From positions 2,936 through 66,935 of the forward strand of contig JAUVEN010000003.1 in NCBI GenBank assembly GCA_030594815.1: a stretch of DNA of 64,000 nucleotides. The letters are read 5' to 3'. This DNA comes from Gammaproteobacteria bacterium. Its GTDB lineage: Bacteria; Pseudomonadota; Gammaproteobacteria; UBA6429; Thiohalophilaceae. Numbering within the stretch: position 1 is the first letter of the stretch; every line of letters starts with the position of its first letter. The translations under genes and the position numbers were made by a program. Below, one piece after another: positions 38,165 through 49,213 of this stretch. Below the pieces are notes generated by a model, which made no database searches, was not told where the DNA came from, and saw nothing but the letters and a program-made list of their open reading frames with translations.

Positions 38165-40117
38165 CTACTTATTCGCCCTGTTTTCAATAAGGTTCTCAAC
38201 AACAGCCGGATCAGCAAGTGTTGATGTATCACCAAGAGAGTCGAGTTCATTGGCGGCAATTTTACGTAAAATACGACGCATAATTTTACCAGAACGGGTC
38301 TTTGGTAATCCTGGAGCCCACTGAATAATGTCCGGTTTGGCAATAGGGCCAATTTCTTGCCGGCAAAGATCAACCAATTCCTTTTTAAGCTCGTCTGTAT
38401 ATTCTACGCCGTTAATGGCAGTGACGTAGGCGTAAATCCCCTGACCTTTAATATCATGCGGATAACCGACCACAGCGGCTTCTGCTATCTTCTCATGCAA
38501 CACTAATGCAGATTCGACCTCTGCGGTGCCCATGCGATGGCCTGATACATTTAAAACATCATCCATACGACCTGTGATCCAATAGTCACCATCGGCATCA
38601 CGGCGAGCGCCATCCCCCGAGAAATAGTAGCCGGGATAGTCTTTAAAATAGGTATCGACCATACGCTGGTGGTCGCCATAGATTGAACGAATTTGCCCTG
38701 GCCATGAACCTATCATGACGAGTGCACCTGAGGCCTCACCCGTTCCTTCAATCAGTTTATTTGTATCTGCGTCAATCAAGCCCGGTTGCACACCAAAGAA
38801 AGGCTGAGTGGCTGAGCCGGGTTTGAGGGCGGTTGCTCCAGGGAGTGGAGTGAGCATGTGACCGCCGGTTTCAGTTTGCCACCAGGTATCAACAATAGGG
38901 CAACGTGCTTCACCAACCACGTTGTAATACCACTGCCATGCCTCTGGGTTAATGGGTTCACCAACAGTGCCCAATAAGCGCAATGAAGCGCGGGATGTTT
39001 TGGTCACGGGCTCATTGCCAGCGGCCATTAAGGCACGAATGGCAGTGGGTGCAGTATAGAAAATGGTAATTTTATGCTTATCAACTACTTCCCAAAAACG
39101 AGATGGAGAAGGGTAGTTAGGCACACCCTCGAAAAATACAGTTGTTGCTGCATTTGCTAATGGGCCATAGAGTAAATAGCTGTGACCCGTGATCCAACCA
39201 ACATCAGCGGTACACCAGTAGATATCATTATCTTGTAAGTCAAAGGTGTATTTTGTTGTTATAGCAGAAAATAATAAGTATCCAGCCGTGGTATGTAAAA
39301 TACCTTTAGGTTTACCCGTTGAGCCCGATGTGTAGAGAATAAATAAAGGATCTTCAGCGTCCATTTCTTCACATGGACAATCATTGGAAGCAGCTTCAAA
39401 CGCTTCGTGATACCAAACATCACGATCTGCATTCCAGTTAATTTCACCACCTGTACGTTTAACCGTTAATACAGTGTGTACGTTTGGACAGTCTTCGAGT
39501 GCTTTGTCTGTATTGGCCTTTAATGGGATTTTTTTACCAGCACGTACACCTTCATCTGCGGTGATAACAATTTGGCAGTCTGAATCAAGAATACGTCCCT
39601 TGAGTGCTTCAGGAGAAAAGCCGCCAAAAACAACAGAGTGAACTGCACCAATGCGCGCGCATGCAAGCATGGCATAACCGGCTTCAGGGATCATCGGCAT
39701 GTAAATACAAACACGGTCGCCTTTTTTAACTCCGCGTTGTTTTAGAATATTGGCAAACTTACTGACATCATGATGGAGTTCTTTGAAAGTGATTTTTTTA
39801 TCATCATTAGGATCATCACCTTCCCAAATAATGGCTACCTGATCAGCTTTTGTATCAAGATGACGGTCGATGCAGTTATAGGCAACATTGAGCGTGCCAC
39901 CCTGGAACCATTTTATATAAAGATCATTTGCATCAAAGCTGTAGTCCATGACCTTATCCCAGGGTTTAGACCAGCTTAAAAATTGTTTAGCTTGTTCACC
40001 CCAGAACGTTTCAGGATCATCGATAGATTGTTTATATAATGTTTTATATTGTTCAGCAGTGATGTTTGTTTTTGCAGCAAATTCCGCAGGAACTTCATAT
40101 AATTGTTGTTCTGACAT
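38165..40117 (-). CDS. acs: Acetyl-CoA synthetase
   Basis: 650 aa with the AMP-binding motif [11 protein letters not shown] and the Acs-typical N-terminus (..FW.E.A....W..PW..V.) and C-terminus ([18 protein letters not shown]). Confidence 0.95.
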   Translation of the reverse strand: MSEQQLYEVPAEFAAKTNITAEQYKTLYKQSIDDPETFWGEQAKQFLSWSKPWDKVMDYSFDANDLYIKWFQGGTLNVAYNCIDRHLDTKADQVAIIWEGDDPNDDKKITFKELHHDVSKFANILKQRGVKKGDRVCIYMPMIPEAGYAMLACARIGAVHSVVFGGFSPEALKGRILDSDCQIVITADEGVRAGKKIPLKANTDKALEDCPNVHTVLTVKRTGGEINWNADRDVWYHEAFEAASNDCPCEEMDAEDPLFILYTSGSTGKPKGILHTTAGYLLFSAITTKYTFDLQDNDIYWCTADVGWITGHSYLLYGPLANAATTVFFEGVPNYPSPSRFWEVVDKHKITIFYTAPTAIRALMAAGNEPVTKTSRASLRLLGTVGEPINPEAWQWYYNVVGEARCPIVDTWWQTETGGHMLTPLPGATALKPGSATQPFFGVQPGLIDADTNKLIEGTGEASGALVMIGSWPGQIRSIYGDHQRMVDTYFKDYPGYYFSGDGARRDADGDYWITGRMDDVLNVSGHRMGTAEVESALVLHEKIAEAAVVGYPHDIKGQGIYAYVTAINGVEYTDELKKELVDLCRQEIGPIAKPDIIQWAPGLPKTRSGKIMRRILRKIAANELDSLGDTSTLADPAVVENLIENRANK

Positions 40118-40246
40118 AAAACTCTCCAGATGTTTTTTATAACCTTATCTTTACAAGAGTTAAACGTGGTAGCAAGTTATATTGAACAAATTTTTAAGAA
40201 ACAGGATATAAATATTTCAGAAGGCTGAGTGAAAGTAAGGTATACG

Positions 40247-40978
40247 CTAGTCGACTCTTTTCTGCTGCATATCAACCAGATTAATGAATTTTTGTACTGC
40301 TGCCTCAAAGTCACCCGTAAGGTTTAGAAAGGCGCAACCGCAACGAGTGCCTTCTGACGCATCATTAGGATTTTTTAATATATGGTTTCGTATTTCAAGG
40401 TTGATAAAAGCCGTGTCATGCTCACCCAGGGTTAGCTTACAGTTATGAAAGACATTGCCCGGTTCAAGTTCCAGTTCACCATTTATGTCAAATAGTGCAA
40501 TACCACCAGTACTAATATCCAGCACAGGATATTCGGTGCGATTATTATCACCGTGAATAAGTTCACAGGTCACCTTTTCACTAAGTGGAATTCTGACACG
40601 ATAAAATTCCCGGCGTTGTACCCAAAGTACGCTATCAGGCAAAGTGCAGGCAAAGCTAGGTTTACCTTGTAAGCGTGCTTTACGAATATCAGTAATGGTA
40701 AATTGCGCAGTAATACCATCGTAATCTGTTTTTACGATAGCGCGGTTATGTTTAAGCAGTTTTTGGTTAAGTTCTTCATTACCACCGTAATCCAGTACCA
40801 ATAAATTTTTATCCGCTAAAACATCAACCACCGTGCTGAGCATTGTATCGTTATTAAAATGAAGGGAAATGAGTGAATTCCTTTTACCTAACTGACGCAA
40901 TTTCTGCATGATTTCGCCACGTCCATAGAGCATGTAATGCTCCATGTTCTCAATATTATCAATTTTAGGTGTATCCAC
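40247..40978 (-). CDS. ycgR: YcgR-like flagellar brake / PilZ-domain c-di-GMP receptor
   Basis: 243 aa with a YcgR N-domain and a PilZ domain carrying RREFYRVRI and DISTGGIAL motifs. Confidence 0.75.
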   Translation of the reverse strand: MDTPKIDNIENMEHYMLYGRGEIMQKLRQLGKRNSLISLHFNNDTMLSTVVDVLADKNLLVLDYGGNEELNQKLLKHNRAIVKTDYDGITAQFTITDIRKARLQGKPSFACTLPDSVLWVQRREFYRVRIPLSEKVTCELIHGDNNRTEYPVLDISTGGIALFDINGELELEPGNVFHNCKLTLGEHDTAFINLEIRNHILKNPNDASEGTRCGCAFLNLTGDFEAAVQKFINLVDMQQKRVD

Positions 40979-41051
40979 TATTTAATCTTTTTGGTTGGTG
41001 ATTTAAATTCAGGTAGTAATATTACGTTATGTTCGAGCTGAGTTCTTGAGT

Positions 41052-41936
41052 TTATTTTTTTGAAACCCGTTCTGGTTGCCAGTGGTTTATTGCCCAATTC
41101 CATATCTCTTCATTATTAGTATTCATGAGTTCTATAGACGGCATTTGCCCTAGAAACTTTAACGATTTATAGAGCAAATCAACAGATTCCTTGATTTCAA
41201 TGGGCTTTGCATGGCTTTGTTTACTGAGTTTTTGACCTGTTTCATTCAACACAATGGGAAGATGGCAATATTGTGGAGATGTTAAATTCAAGGTTTGTTG
41301 CACATAAATTTGACTGGGTGAACAGTTAAGTAAGTCTGCTCCTCGAACAACTTCTGTAATACCTTGTTCAGCATCATCAATTCCAGAAGCTAAGTGATAG
41401 GAAAAGTAACCATCACGACGCTGTAATATAAAGTCACCGTTCATTTTTTCCAAATCAAAAGATTGTGGGCCGAGGATAGCATCATCAAACTGGATAAATT
41501 CGTTATTACAGCGTATTCGAATACTGTATTCGGATAGATTCTCTAAAGGTCCATTACGGCAAAATCCAGGGTAAACCGTTTCGCCTTTTGTTTGACCCGT
41601 TTTTTCAAGAATACTTTTTCTACTACAGCTACATGGATAGGCAAGTTTTTGTTCGAGTAAATACTGAAGGGCTTCTTGATAACGAGTTAGCTGGTTACTT
41701 TGGTATAGAACACTTCTGTCCCATTCAAAGCCAAAGCCTTCTAGTGTTCTTAAAATATTATCCGTAGCGCCTTTTTGCTCTCGAGGAGGATCAATATCGT
41801 CAATGCGTAACAACCACTCACCATTTTGACTTTTTGCCTGTAAATAACTTCCCATGGCGGCAACCAGAGAACCAAAATGTAATGGTCCAGTGGGCGAAGG
41901 GGCAAAGCGCCCGCGATAATTTGTTGATACTGCCAT
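41052..41936 (-). CDS. gluQ: Glutamyl-Q tRNA(Asp) synthetase
   Basis: 294 aa. It is a truncated GluRS-like catalytic domain (RFAPSPTGPLHFGSL, ..KLSKQ..) with no anticodon-binding domain. Confidence 0.88.
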   Translation of the reverse strand: MAVSTNYRGRFAPSPTGPLHFGSLVAAMGSYLQAKSQNGEWLLRIDDIDPPREQKGATDNILRTLEGFGFEWDRSVLYQSNQLTRYQEALQYLLEQKLAYPCSCSRKSILEKTGQTKGETVYPGFCRNGPLENLSEYSIRIRCNNEFIQFDDAILGPQSFDLEKMNGDFILQRRDGYFSYHLASGIDDAEQGITEVVRGADLLNCSPSQIYVQQTLNLTSPQYCHLPIVLNETGQKLSKQSHAKPIEIKESVDLLYKSLKFLGQMPSIELMNTNNEEIWNWAINHWQPERVSKK

Positions 41937-42035
41937 GCTTGATTATAACCATGAAAAAGTGTGATTTTTATGCCTTATCTTCTAAAGTAATTGAATTAGT
42001 AGTCGTTAAACAAAAATAGAGAGTGTCTGTTAAGT

Positions 42036-42359
42036 ATGAGAGGGGAAGAAGGCTGCGTTGTGAATAATGATGAAAAATGGATTATTCGTGGAGTTACTGA
42101 AGATGGTAAAAAATTACGCCCAAGTGACTGGGTTGAGCGTATTTCTTCAACATTAGCGAGTTTTGGCAGCGATCAACGTTTACATTATTCAAATGCTGTA
42201 GCTCCCTGCATCATCGATGGCGAAAAGTGTTTGGTTGTCGCGCGTAACCTTAACGAAATTAATCCAGATGCCTATGAGTTTGTTATGGGCTTCGCTAAAA
42301 GCAACCAATTGAGTATCCGGGAAGATCGCAGGGAAGGGGAACGGGCACTTAGTGCTTAA
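42036..42359 (+). CDS. DUF3579-like small protein
   Basis: 107 aa. The blocks IIRGVTEDGKKLRPSDWVERI..L.YS..V.P..IDG.KC.VV...L....P.AY.FV..FAK.N.L resemble DUF3579 from memory. Confidence 0.5.
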   Translation: MRGEEGCVVNNDEKWIIRGVTEDGKKLRPSDWVERISSTLASFGSDQRLHYSNAVAPCIIDGEKCLVVARNLNEINPDAYEFVMGFAKSNQLSIREDRREGERALSA

Positions 42360-42466
42360 GATGAATGCAAGAAGTGTTGTATCTTGAAAACGGCTTAACA
42401 AAGCAGTCCACTATAGTTGTTTTTTTTCCTGCAGAGTTTTAAATTGTTAGAGAAGGATAAAGCAGA

Positions 42467-44659
42467 GTGAGTTTAGATGCTGTGACCAGGAATGACTATT
42501 TCTACAGTTCTGAAATTGAACGCAGAGTCGCTGCATCACAGGCTGGGGTAAAACTTGCTAGCTTGTTGGCTCTTGGCTGGCTTTTATTGGCCCTCTATCT
42601 CAACGCCCCCATTTTTATAGGTGCGGCATTATTTGCTTTTGCTGGACTTACCTTCAGTGTCTTAATTCACAGCCGTGGTAAACATACTCTAGCCCGATGT
42701 ACCTGGATTCTGGTTGGTAATGTGGCCATTTTTATTGGCAGCACATTTTCTATTCATCCTGATGCAGATGCCTCCTTAATGTTTGTTGCATGGATAGGCT
42801 TGCCCTTTCTCTTGTTTTCCTGGCAGCATGAAAAGAGACTTTTGATTGGATTCACTATAGTTCCCGTCATTTTGTGGCTTGTTTCATGGCTTATTGCATT
42901 TGCACAAATTATTGAGTATGAAGTTGGACCAGATGTTGCTCTTTATCTTTCGTTGTATTCTGCATTGACAGCTTTTACTATCGGTGGATTTATCCTCGGC
43001 CACTTTGCAGTCTCTACAGCTAAGTTTGAGCAGGAATTAATTATTGCTATAACAGAGTCAGATTCTGCTAACAGTGCCAAGTCAGAGTTTCTCGCCAATA
43101 TGAGCCACGAGCTACGTACACCGATGAGTGCCATACTCGGTATGTCGAATTTAGCCCTACATACAACACTCAATCTAAAGCAACGAAATTATATTGAAAA
43201 GGTAAATCAATCAGCAGAGAATTTGTTAGGTATCCTTAATGATATTCTCGACTTCTCCAAAATTGAGTCAGATATGCTGACTCTTGAGGAGAGCAATTTT
43301 TACCTTGAGGTTGTGATGGATAACCTTATGAACCTGATTGGTCTCAAGGCTAAAGAGAAGAGTGTTGATCTGAATTATGATATTTCACCAGGGGTGCCTA
43401 CGGCACTCATTGGAGATTCACTGCGCCTTGGCCAAATCCTGATTAATCTGGGCAACAATGCTGTTAAATTTTCCAGTTCGGGAGACAGCATTGCAATTAA
43501 AGTCGTTGTTGAAGAAGAAAGTGATAGTGAGGTCGTACTAAAGTTTTCGGTACACGATACCGGCATAGGGATGAGCGCAGAGCAACAGCAAAAGTTATTC
43601 CATTCCTTTTCTCAGGCAGATGCATCAACAACCCGCAAGTATGGAGGATCCGGTTTAGGTCTGGTTATCTCCAAAAAACTGACCGAGATGATGGATGGTC
43701 AAATTTGGGTGGAAAGTGAACCGGATATCGGCAGTACCTTTTACTTTAAAGTTCGAGTAAAAAAACAGCAGAGCCAAACCTCAGCAAACCAAACCTTAAA
43801 TACTCCTCATCAAGATGAAATAGATGATGCCTTTGCCAAGGATGTTTCAAAAGTGCAAGGAGCGAAGTTGTTGCTGGTTGAGGATGACCTTATCAATCAG
43901 GAGCTGATTGTGGCATTGTTTGAGAGTGAAGGTATATCCATTATTGATATAGCGAATAATGGTAAAGAGGCATTAGATTTGCTGGCCAAAAAGACATTTG
44001 ATGGCGTACTTATGGATTGTCAAATGCCGGTAATGGACGGTTATACCGCCACCCGCAAAATTCGAGAAGGATTACAATTTAAAGCTCTACCCATAATTGC
44101 GGTAACAGCCAATACAATGAAAGGAGATGGGGAAAAGGTATTGGCTGCCGGCATGAATGATCACATTGCCAAACCAATTAATGTGCAAGAAATGTTTAAA
44201 GTGATGGCAACCTGGATTTCACCTAATCATGCGGATGATGCCATTCCCACAATAGAAGAGTCTGTGATTAAAGTAGGTTTGTCAGAGAATGAGCTAATTC
44301 CAGAACTTTCGGGAATTGATGCCAAGCTAGGATTGAAAAATACTGAGGGTAAGGTAGCCATTTATTACAAATTACTCATCAATTATCATAAACGCTATTG
44401 TAATTTCGAGGATATCTTTCGCACATCTCAGTCAGATAAGAATGAACCAGAAGCGGCAATGCGCTTAGCTCACACACTGAAGGGGTTATCCGGTACATGT
44501 GGTGCTTTGTCGGTGCAGAAGGCTGCTGAACAATTGGAGAAGGCTTGTCGGAGTGATAATGAAAATACTGAGAAGTTGCTGGCAGCCGTTATTGCTGAAC
44601 TAGAGCCAGTGTTACAGAGTTTAGAGACATTAAAATACAATAATTCAGACTTAACCTGA
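42467..44659 (+). CDS. Hybrid sensor histidine kinase (multi-TM sensor, HisKA, HATPase, REC, Hpt)
   Basis: 730 aa with about 6 N-terminal TM helices, H-box [18 protein letters not shown] ([14 protein letters not shown]) and Hpt ([11 protein letters not shown]). GTG start. Confidence 0.85.
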   Translation: MSLDAVTRNDYFYSSEIERRVAASQAGVKLASLLALGWLLLALYLNAPIFIGAALFAFAGLTFSVLIHSRGKHTLARCTWILVGNVAIFIGSTFSIHPDADASLMFVAWIGLPFLLFSWQHEKRLLIGFTIVPVILWLVSWLIAFAQIIEYEVGPDVALYLSLYSALTAFTIGGFILGHFAVSTAKFEQELIIAITESDSANSAKSEFLANMSHELRTPMSAILGMSNLALHTTLNLKQRNYIEKVNQSAENLLGILNDILDFSKIESDMLTLEESNFYLEVVMDNLMNLIGLKAKEKSVDLNYDISPGVPTALIGDSLRLGQILINLGNNAVKFSSSGDSIAIKVVVEEESDSEVVLKFSVHDTGIGMSAEQQQKLFHSFSQADASTTRKYGGSGLGLVISKKLTEMMDGQIWVESEPDIGSTFYFKVRVKKQQSQTSANQTLNTPHQDEIDDAFAKDVSKVQGAKLLLVEDDLINQELIVALFESEGISIIDIANNGKEALDLLAKKTFDGVLMDCQMPVMDGYTATRKIREGLQFKALPIIAVTANTMKGDGEKVLAAGMNDHIAKPINVQEMFKVMATWISPNHADDAIPTIEESVIKVGLSENELIPELSGIDAKLGLKNTEGKVAIYYKLLINYHKRYCNFEDIFRTSQSDKNEPEAAMRLAHTLKGLSGTCGALSVQKAAEQLEKACRSDNENTEKLLAAVIAELEPVLQSLETLKYNNSDLT

Positions 44660-44713
44660 CAGATACCTTTTGAAAAAAAGATAACTGCCAGGTCAGGTTT
44701 AAATTATTACAAT

Positions 44714-45307
44714 TTAAGACATCGATTTTTCGCGAATTTCACTTAAGCTTTTACAGTCAATGCATTGGTTCGCCGTTGGGCGAGCTTCAAGACGACGAAT
44801 ACCAATCTCAATACCGCAGTCCTCGCAATAACCATAATCACCAGAATCAAGATTATCAATTGACTCGTCAATTTTCTTGATTAACTTACGTTCACGATCA
44901 CGTGTACGTAACTCCATAGTGAAATCGGATTCTTGAGAAGCTCGATCATTCGGATCAGGGAAGTTTGCTGCTTCATCCTGCATATGATGCACGGTACGAT
45001 CAACTTCTTCCATGAGTTCCTTTTTCCAGGAACCAAGAATATTATGAAAATGCTCAACTTGAGCTTCATTCATATATTCTTCACCCTTCTTAATTTTGTA
45101 GGGCTCGAACTGTTTAAATTCCTGAGAAATATTTGAGGGGATTCTTCTCTTAGGCGCAGCTTTCTTTTTTGTAGCTGTTTTTTTAGTTGCTGCTTTTTTA
45201 GCCACAACCTTCTTTTTAGCTACTGTTTTCTTCGCTACTGTCTTTTTAGTTACTGTTTTTTTCTTAGTAACTTTCTTTTTTGCAGCTGTTTTTTTCTTTG
45301 CAGGCAT
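44714..45307 (-). CDS. dksA: RNA polymerase-binding transcription factor DksA with a Lys/Ala/Thr-rich N-terminal extension
   Basis: Residues from about 65 to 197 are colinear with E. coli DksA ([16 protein letters not shown] tip, [11 protein letters not shown], CxxC-x17-CxxC zinc finger, EIREK). Residues 2-55 are (A/T/V)KK repeats. There is no internal ATG. Confidence 0.85.
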   Translation of the reverse strand: MPAKKKTAAKKKVTKKKTVTKKTVAKKTVAKKKVVAKKAATKKTATKKKAAPKRRIPSNISQEFKQFEPYKIKKGEEYMNEAQVEHFHNILGSWKKELMEEVDRTVHHMQDEAANFPDPNDRASQESDFTMELRTRDRERKLIKKIDESIDNLDSGDYGYCEDCGIEIGIRRLEARPTANQCIDCKSLSEIREKSMS

Positions 45308-45523
45308 TGTTAAATTCTCTCCAGCCGTGGAATAAAGTATAAATAAAAAAATACGACGCGACTTAATACCAGAATGCTATCAAATACGCAACAATTACGA
45401 AATTTTTTCTAGGTGGTACAATTGCGCTCACTGGTCATTGTGAATCATAATATTAGATTATTTCATTGTAAATCAAGTGGTTAATATCACAAAACGTAAA
45501 TTTATAGAATTTTGGAGTTAGAA

Positions 45524-46297
45524 ATGCCTGAGTTAAAAGCACTAATTTTTGATGTGGATGGAACACTAGCAGATACTGAGCGGGATGGGCATCGGGTCGC
45601 ATTTAACCTAGCATTTGCTGATGCTGGTCTGGACTGGGACTGGACGGTAGATATTTATGAAGATTTATTAACGGTTACCGGCGGTAAAGAAAGAATGAAG
45701 TTCTTTTTGGATAAATATAAGCCTGACTTTAATCAATCTGAAGACTTAACATCTTATATTGCAGATATGCATAAAGCGAAAACAGCCCACTATACGAGTT
45801 TGTTGTCGAAAGGCGCGATTCCTTTACGTCCCGGTGTTGAGAGGTTACTGAACGAAGCACGTGAAAAAGGGTTTCGTTTAGCGATATCAACAACAACAAC
45901 ACCTGCAAATGTTGAGGCATTACTTGTTCATACCTTAGGTAAAGAATCGATGGACTGGTTTGAAGTGATTGCGGCTGGCGATATTGTGCCGGCAAAAAAA
46001 CCTGCGCCTGATATTTATGATTGGGCCTTAGACAAAATGAATCTAAAGGCAGAAGACTGCATTGCTTTTGAAGATTCTCGCAATGGCGTCTTGTCTTCAT
46101 TAGGAGCAAATTTAAAAACCATAATTACAATTAATGATTACACTAAAGATCATGACTTCACCGGGGCAGCAATAGTACTGGATCAATATGGAGAACCGGA
46201 TTCACCGTTCAAGGTTCTTGAAGGTAATGCACATGGATTTAATTATCTGAATATTGATATGGTGAAAGCACTTCACTCAGCCTCGATGAATCCGTAG
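45524..46297 (+). CDS. HAD-superfamily hydrolase, CbbY-like
   Basis: It has FDVDGTLADTE (motif I) and later ..FEDS.NG. GGAG lies 6 nt upstream of the ATG at 45524. The stop TAG lies inside a REP terminus. Confidence 0.8.
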   Translation: MPELKALIFDVDGTLADTERDGHRVAFNLAFADAGLDWDWTVDIYEDLLTVTGGKERMKFFLDKYKPDFNQSEDLTSYIADMHKAKTAHYTSLLSKGAIPLRPGVERLLNEAREKGFRLAISTTTTPANVEALLVHTLGKESMDWFEVIAAGDIVPAKKPAPDIYDWALDKMNLKAEDCIAFEDSRNGVLSSLGANLKTIITINDYTKDHDFTGAAIVLDQYGEPDSPFKVLEGNAHGFNYLNIDMVKALHSASMNP

Positions 46298-46376
46298 CCC
46301 GGATGAAATGCAATGCAATCCGGGGAATAATGCCAAAAGTCCTCCCCCGGATTTCGCTGCGCTGCATCCAGGCTAC
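46294..46376. repeat. REPIN-like inverted REP doublet, GTAGCCCGGATG family
   Basis: The left arm is GTAGCCCGGATGAAATGCAATGCAATCCGGGG. The reverse complement of the right arm is GTAGCCTGGATGCAGCGCAGCGAAATCCGGGG. Confidence 0.8.
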
Positions 46377-46427
46377 ACATATATGTAATGATGTGTAGGT
46401 TAAGTTTAGTATGGAGTTCTCAATAAC

Positions 46428-47600
46428 ATGGGGTGTTCTTCACGAATTAATGATATCCAACCTTTTCATGTAATGGCGTTGCTCGCACGAGCAAAAGAAT
46501 TAGAAGCAGAAGGTAAAGACATAGTACATATGGAAATTGGTGAGCCTGATTTCCCAACACCGGCACCTATAGTTGAAGCAGGCATTGCAGCAATCAGTGC
46601 AGGTGACGTGCATTATACGCCCGCGGTTGGGTTGACTGAATTGCGTGAAGCAATTTCTACCTTTTATCAAACACGTTATAACGTTTCGATATCATCCAAC
46701 CGAGTTGTGATTACCCCAGGTGCCTCCGGTGCGTTGATGTTAGCCCTTGGTGTCATTATGCAAGAAGGGGATGAAGTATTACTGGCTGATCCTGGTTATC
46801 CCTGTAACCGTAACTTTGTACGTTTCTTGTCTGGAAAAACGCGTTCCATATCTGTTGATGCAAGTACTGGATATCAACTTACATTAAAACACTTAAAAGA
46901 AAACTGGAAGCCCAATACGTCAGCAGTCATTGTTGCATCACCCTCTAACCCTACGGGAACATTGTTGGCAAAAGATGAACTTGTAGCGATGGCTTTATTT
47001 ATTAAAGAGCAGGGTGCTTACTTAATTGTTGATGAAATTTATCATGGGCTTGTATATGACGTGGAGTACGACACGGCACTTAATCTTTATGAACACCGCG
47101 ATATTGATGAAAATATTATTGTCATAAATAGTTTTTCCAAATATTTTAATATGACCGGTTGGCGATTGGGTTGGGTAGTCGCTCCAGAAAAACTAGTTAA
47201 AGATATGGATAAGCTTGCACAAAATATTTTTCTTGCCGCTCCGACACCCGCACAATATGCGGCACTCGCTGCGTTTAATGAAGAAACAATATCAATACTT
47301 GAGAAACATAAAGAAGAATTTAAACAACGTCGGGATTTTTTATTACCTAAGTTGAAAGAGTTAGGTTTTAAAATTGAAGTGGAGCCGCAAGGTGCCTTTT
47401 ATATTTATGCGAACTGTGAAAAGTTCAGTAAAGATAGTTATAAGTTTGCTTATGACTTGCTAGAAAATATTGGTGTGGCAATAACGCCAGGTAAAGACTT
47501 TGGTAGTAACAAAGCCGATACATTTGTACGTTTCGCCTATACTACTTCTATAGACCGCCTTGCAGAAGGCGTTAAACGATTAAATAATTATTTAAATTGA
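46428..47600 (+). CDS. Pyridoxal-phosphate-dependent aminotransferase (class I/II)
   Basis: 390 aa with ..GEPDF.TP.., the PSNPTG motif and the SFSKYFNMTGWRLGW Lys-containing PLP site. Confidence 0.85.
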   Translation: MGCSSRINDIQPFHVMALLARAKELEAEGKDIVHMEIGEPDFPTPAPIVEAGIAAISAGDVHYTPAVGLTELREAISTFYQTRYNVSISSNRVVITPGASGALMLALGVIMQEGDEVLLADPGYPCNRNFVRFLSGKTRSISVDASTGYQLTLKHLKENWKPNTSAVIVASPSNPTGTLLAKDELVAMALFIKEQGAYLIVDEIYHGLVYDVEYDTALNLYEHRDIDENIIVINSFSKYFNMTGWRLGWVVAPEKLVKDMDKLAQNIFLAAPTPAQYAALAAFNEETISILEKHKEEFKQRRDFLLPKLKELGFKIEVEPQGAFYIYANCEKFSKDSYKFAYDLLENIGVAITPGKDFGSNKADTFVRFAYTTSIDRLAEGVKRLNNYLN

Positions 47601-47610
47601 GCAATTAATT

Positions 47611-47838
47611 ATGGTTAAAGTATTCACAGCAAAAAACAGTATTGAGGCTAATATCGTAAAAGGGATGTTAGAGGCTAACGACATTCCTGCTTATGTTGAG
47701 GGTGAATACTTGCAAGGTGCGATTGGTGAATTGTCTGCAATAGATTTTGCCTTTGTCAGTGTCGATAATATCAATGAGTCCAAAGCCTTAAATATAGTTA
47801 ATGAATACGAAACAGGAACCTATTCTATTTCTGTTTAA
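47611..47838 (+). CDS. DUF2007-like small protein (putative signal-transducing, PII-like fold)
   Basis: 75 aa with the pattern V....N..EA.IVKGMLEANDIPAYV. Confidence 0.55.
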   Translation: MVKVFTAKNSIEANIVKGMLEANDIPAYVEGEYLQGAIGELSAIDFAFVSVDNINESKALNIVNEYETGTYSISV

Positions 47839-47973
47839 TAATAAATATTTTTCATATAAGTATTGTATGTAACAAAATTAACAGGTTCTGGTGGTATTGC
47901 TCTACAATTAAACTTGGTGGATTACTTTAGTATCATTATACTTAAAAGCATATTGGTACATTTTAGGTGAACT

Positions 47974-49101
47974 ATGGCTGAATATCATGATGTTCTCGAA
48001 GAACTTAATAAACATACTTCGTTACACGATAAAGTAATTGCGGCACACAAATCTATCAGTGAAACATTTCCTTTTATTGTTCGTATTGCGATCACTATTT
48101 ATGATCAGGATACAAAAACACTTAAAACATATTTACACAGTAGTGGTGATGATAGTCCTCTGGAGCATTACCAGGTCTCACTTGATGATGCGCCTTCTTT
48201 AAAAGCTATTCTCGATAAAGGATTACCACGTATTGTCAATAACCTGCTTACATTTGAGGAAGGACACCACGAACACAGCACAAGAATTGGACGCCAGGGA
48301 TATGCTGCCAGTTATACACTACCGATGTTTAATAATGGTGTTTTTTTTGGTTTTATCTTCTTTAACTCCGATAAGACCGATGTTTTTACAGAAAATGTTT
48401 TACAGCAAATAGATGTTTATGCCCATTTGATTTCCTTAACAGTTATTAACGAATTAATCTCTATCCAAACTTTAGCGGCTGCTGTTAAGACAACAAGCCG
48501 CATTACTCATCTTCGTGATCCGGAAACAGGTACCCATCTTGATCGCATGTCCCGTTATAGCCGTCTTATCGCAACCGTAGTGGCAGATAAATATAATTTA
48601 GATGATGCTTACATTGAACATATCTTTATGTTTTCACCTTTACATGATATTGGAAAAATAAGCATGCCTGACAGTATTCTGTTAAAACCCGGAAAGCTGG
48701 ATGATGATGAAAAAACTATTATGAAAACACACGCTGCCAAAGGCCGCGAGATGATTGATGAACTTCTTGAAAATTTTGGTCTTAAGAATATTGAATATAT
48801 AGGTATGCTACGAAATATAGCAGAGCTACATCACGAAGCGATTAATGGAACTGGCTACCCTTCAGGAATGAAAGGTAATGCAATTCCCATAGAAGCACGT
48901 ATTGTTGCAGTTGCTGATGTGTTCGATGCTTTAACCAGTGCTCGTCCTTATAAAGAAGCCTGGAGTAATGAGAAAGCCATTAAAACTTTAAAAAGCCTGG
49001 CAGGAGAAACACTTGATCAAGATTGTGTAAATGCATTATTGCAAAACATGGATCAAGTTGAGGCAATTCAACAGCAATTTGTTGAAAATATTTATGGGTA
49101 A
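47974..49101 (+). CDS. HD-GYP domain protein (c-di-GMP phosphodiesterase family) with an N-terminal GAF-like sensor
   Basis: It has HDIGK, HHE..NGTGYP and DVFDALTS.RPYK motifs. Confidence 0.85.
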   Translation: MAEYHDVLEELNKHTSLHDKVIAAHKSISETFPFIVRIAITIYDQDTKTLKTYLHSSGDDSPLEHYQVSLDDAPSLKAILDKGLPRIVNNLLTFEEGHHEHSTRIGRQGYAASYTLPMFNNGVFFGFIFFNSDKTDVFTENVLQQIDVYAHLISLTVINELISIQTLAAAVKTTSRITHLRDPETGTHLDRMSRYSRLIATVVADKYNLDDAYIEHIFMFSPLHDIGKISMPDSILLKPGKLDDDEKTIMKTHAAKGREMIDELLENFGLKNIEYIGMLRNIAELHHEAINGTGYPSGMKGNAIPIEARIVAVADVFDALTSARPYKEAWSNEKAIKTLKSLAGETLDQDCVNALLQNMDQVEAIQQQFVENIYG

Positions 49102-49213
49102 ACCAGGTTTTAACTTAAAATTATAGCGGCTATAAATAATTTTCTATTCTTCTATCTAATGGTTTTACGCGATAATTGTATTTCAATGTGTTCAGCGCCG
49201 GCATCAGTGTTTG

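Noticed and set aside
38053-38373. A 106-aa minus-strand ORF
   Set aside because: It is composed of the antisense/other-frame 3' end of acs plus the MITE-like element. It has no ribosome-binding site and a repeat-derived composition.
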